From positions 1-62,515 of IMG/VR virus record IMGVR_UViG_3300028586_000413: a stretch of 62,515 bases of DNA. One strand, 5' to 3'. The DNA is from a virus (Duplodnaviria; Caudoviricetes). The position numbers were made by a program, and so were the translations under genes. The notes under the pieces are model-generated. The model was not told the origin of the DNA. It was given only the letters and a program-made list of their open reading frames with translations, and ran no database searches. Numbering within the stretch: position 1 is the stretch's first letter; the number at the start of each line of letters is the position of its first letter. This document shows positions 61,052-62,515 of this stretch, in pieces.

Positions 61052-62101
61052 TCAGGCCACGATGAATTCGTACCCTGCCTGCAGCGAACCAATCACCTTC
61101 GCCTGGTTTTCGGGGCTTTCACTGAAGCCCACGAGCATGTCGGCCACCGTCGCCGCCTTGCTGTCCAGCGCATCGAGCCAGTAGGCAAACCCTGCAGTAT
61201 CCGGTGCGCGGTCGAGCACGTTCGCATAGAGCAGGGTGACGATGTCGGCATGGCTCGCCGCCGCGCCGGCCAGCTTGCCGAACTCGGGCGAGTGGACAAA
61301 GGCATTCGCCACCGCGTGCAGGCTTGCCCCGTCCCCCATTTTTCCGATCCAGTATCCCAGGCCAACCTTGTCCGGCGTGCGGTCGAAGGCCGCCTGGTAT
61401 AGGCGGTAGGCCTCGGCCGGGTATCCCATGGTTTCATAAGAAATATAGTCGCCGCCCTCGAAAGACAGCCGCTCGACGTTGCGCAAGGAGTCGACGCCGT
61501 CCAGGCCCAGCAGGTCGGTGACCGTGATCGTGCCGTGCTTGAGGCTGACGGCGTATTCATCGCGATAGCCTTCCAGCACGAAGGTGTCGATGCCGGCGCC
61601 GCCGTCGACGATGTCGTCCGAGCGTGTGCCAACCAGCATGTCGTGGCCGGCGCTGCCGACGATGACATTGGTCGGCAGGTAGGCCGGCACCAGGTCTTCG
61701 TAGATGTTCAGGCTGGCGTAGCTGTCGTAGTAGTCCTGGCTCCAGGCGGCGTCGATGTAGTACCAGCCGGTGTAGGGCGCGACGAAGGCGGCGTAGTCAT
61801 AGCCATAGGCGCCGCTGCCGTCGTCGCTGGCGATTTCCTTGCCGTGGTCGTCGAACACGCGCAGGACCACCGGATCGAAGTAGCTACCGCTCTGGACCGT
61901 GTAGGCCATGCCCCGGGTAGCGTGGAAGACGAAGATGTCGTCCTGGCCGGCATACGGGTCGTGGGTGTCGAAACGCGCGCTGCGGCCGTAGTAGTGGCCG
62001 AGTTCGGGATCGTGCACCGGCCGCAGCTCGAGCCGCCAGGCCCAGTCCATTTCGTGCGGCGTCAGCGTGTACCGGTAATCCTGGATGGCGGTGTTCGACA
62101 T
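61052..62101 (-). CDS. Host DUF4214-domain protein with RTX-like motif
   Basis: DIVDGGAGIDT, AYRLYQAAFDRTPD..GLGYW, FSESPEN motifs; gagg RBS; outside attR. Confidence 0.9.
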   Translation of the reverse strand: MSNTAIQDYRYTLTPHEMDWAWRLELRPVHDPELGHYYGRSARFDTHDPYAGQDDIFVFHATRGMAYTVQSGSYFDPVVLRVFDDHGKEIASDDGSGAYGYDYAAFVAPYTGWYYIDAAWSQDYYDSYASLNIYEDLVPAYLPTNVIVGSAGHDMLVGTRSDDIVDGGAGIDTFVLEGYRDEYAVSLKHGTITVTDLLGLDGVDSLRNVERLSFEGGDYISYETMGYPAEAYRLYQAAFDRTPDKVGLGYWIGKMGDGASLHAVANAFVHSPEFGKLAGAAASHADIVTLLYANVLDRAPDTAGFAYWLDALDSKAATVADMLVGFSESPENQAKVIGSLQAGYEFIVA

Positions 62102-62247
62102 GGTGGACCTCGCGCAATGTGAGGTCTCCATTGTATGGCTGGCTTATCCCGGCAATATGTTCAAATGGTGTCGCTTTGTAACGGCGGCGCCTTAGTTGCA
62201 AGCATGTCTTTCAATGTATGCATGAGCGGGCGCCGCCCGGGGCTTCG

Positions 62248-62515
62248 TCAGGCCGCGTAGTCCACCTCGACGCCCGAGCCGGCCCAGGCGTGCATCGCGC
62301 GGCGCAGCAGCCTGCGCTCGCGGTAATCGATCACACTGTCGGCGCGCACGATCTCGAGCATGCCTTTCAGGACGGTGGCGCGCAGCGCTTCGTCCTTTAC
62401 CTCATCCAGCAGGAGGTCGATCGTCGCCGGTTCAATCTCGACCATGCCGGCCTCGCGGTCGGCGCTGGTCGCGAGCAAATCCTGGGTCAGCTCGCCCGCT
62501 GTGTCATCAAACGTG
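62248..62515 (-). CDS. TerB-like protein (3' part)
   Basis: EIVRAD..ID.RE..LL motif; runs off the window edge. Confidence 0.6.
   Translation of the reverse strand, partial: TFDDTAGELTQDLLATSADREAGMVEIEPATIDLLLDEVKDEALRATVLKGMLEIVRADSVIDYRERRLLRRAMHAWAGSGVEVDYAA

Noticed and set aside
1-62515. CRISPR array or IS element
   Set aside because: No regularly spaced repeats and no transposase ORF seen

Overview
GC-rich betaproteobacterial chromosome, probably Oxalobacteraceae/Massilia-like (inferred from gene content). Host core genes (ftsH 3' end, folP, glmM, tRNA-Pro(TGG), tRNA-Arg(TCT)) are followed by an apparently complete ~57.4 kb lambdoid siphoprophage with an HK97-type head. It is integrated in tRNA-Arg, with a 45-bp direct repeat at 3580-3624 and 60981-61025. 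The phage has an integrase, an early-left operon (HD alarmone-hydrolase-like, MazG-like, RdgC), a cargo-rich immunity region, cI/cro, an early-right operon (two DNA methyltransferases, Ref, antirepressor, EndoVII, DUF5664), a Q-like gene, and packaging, head, tail and lysis genes. Main observations: (1) a highly structured ~270-nt candidate ncRNA beside the left operator, followed by a small ORF; (2) DUF4214-type modules three times: in the tape-measure C-terminus, in an immunity-region cargo gene, and in that gene's host homolog next to attR; (3) an orphan tRNA-His-type att site inside the phage; (4) an S24 paralog lacking the catalytic residues, coupled to cI; (5) a PEP-CTERM moron with its own sigma54/IHF/enhancer promoter; (6) antisense morons covered by plus-strand ORFs coupled to their neighbours. 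All family assignments come from reading motifs by eye, not from database searches.
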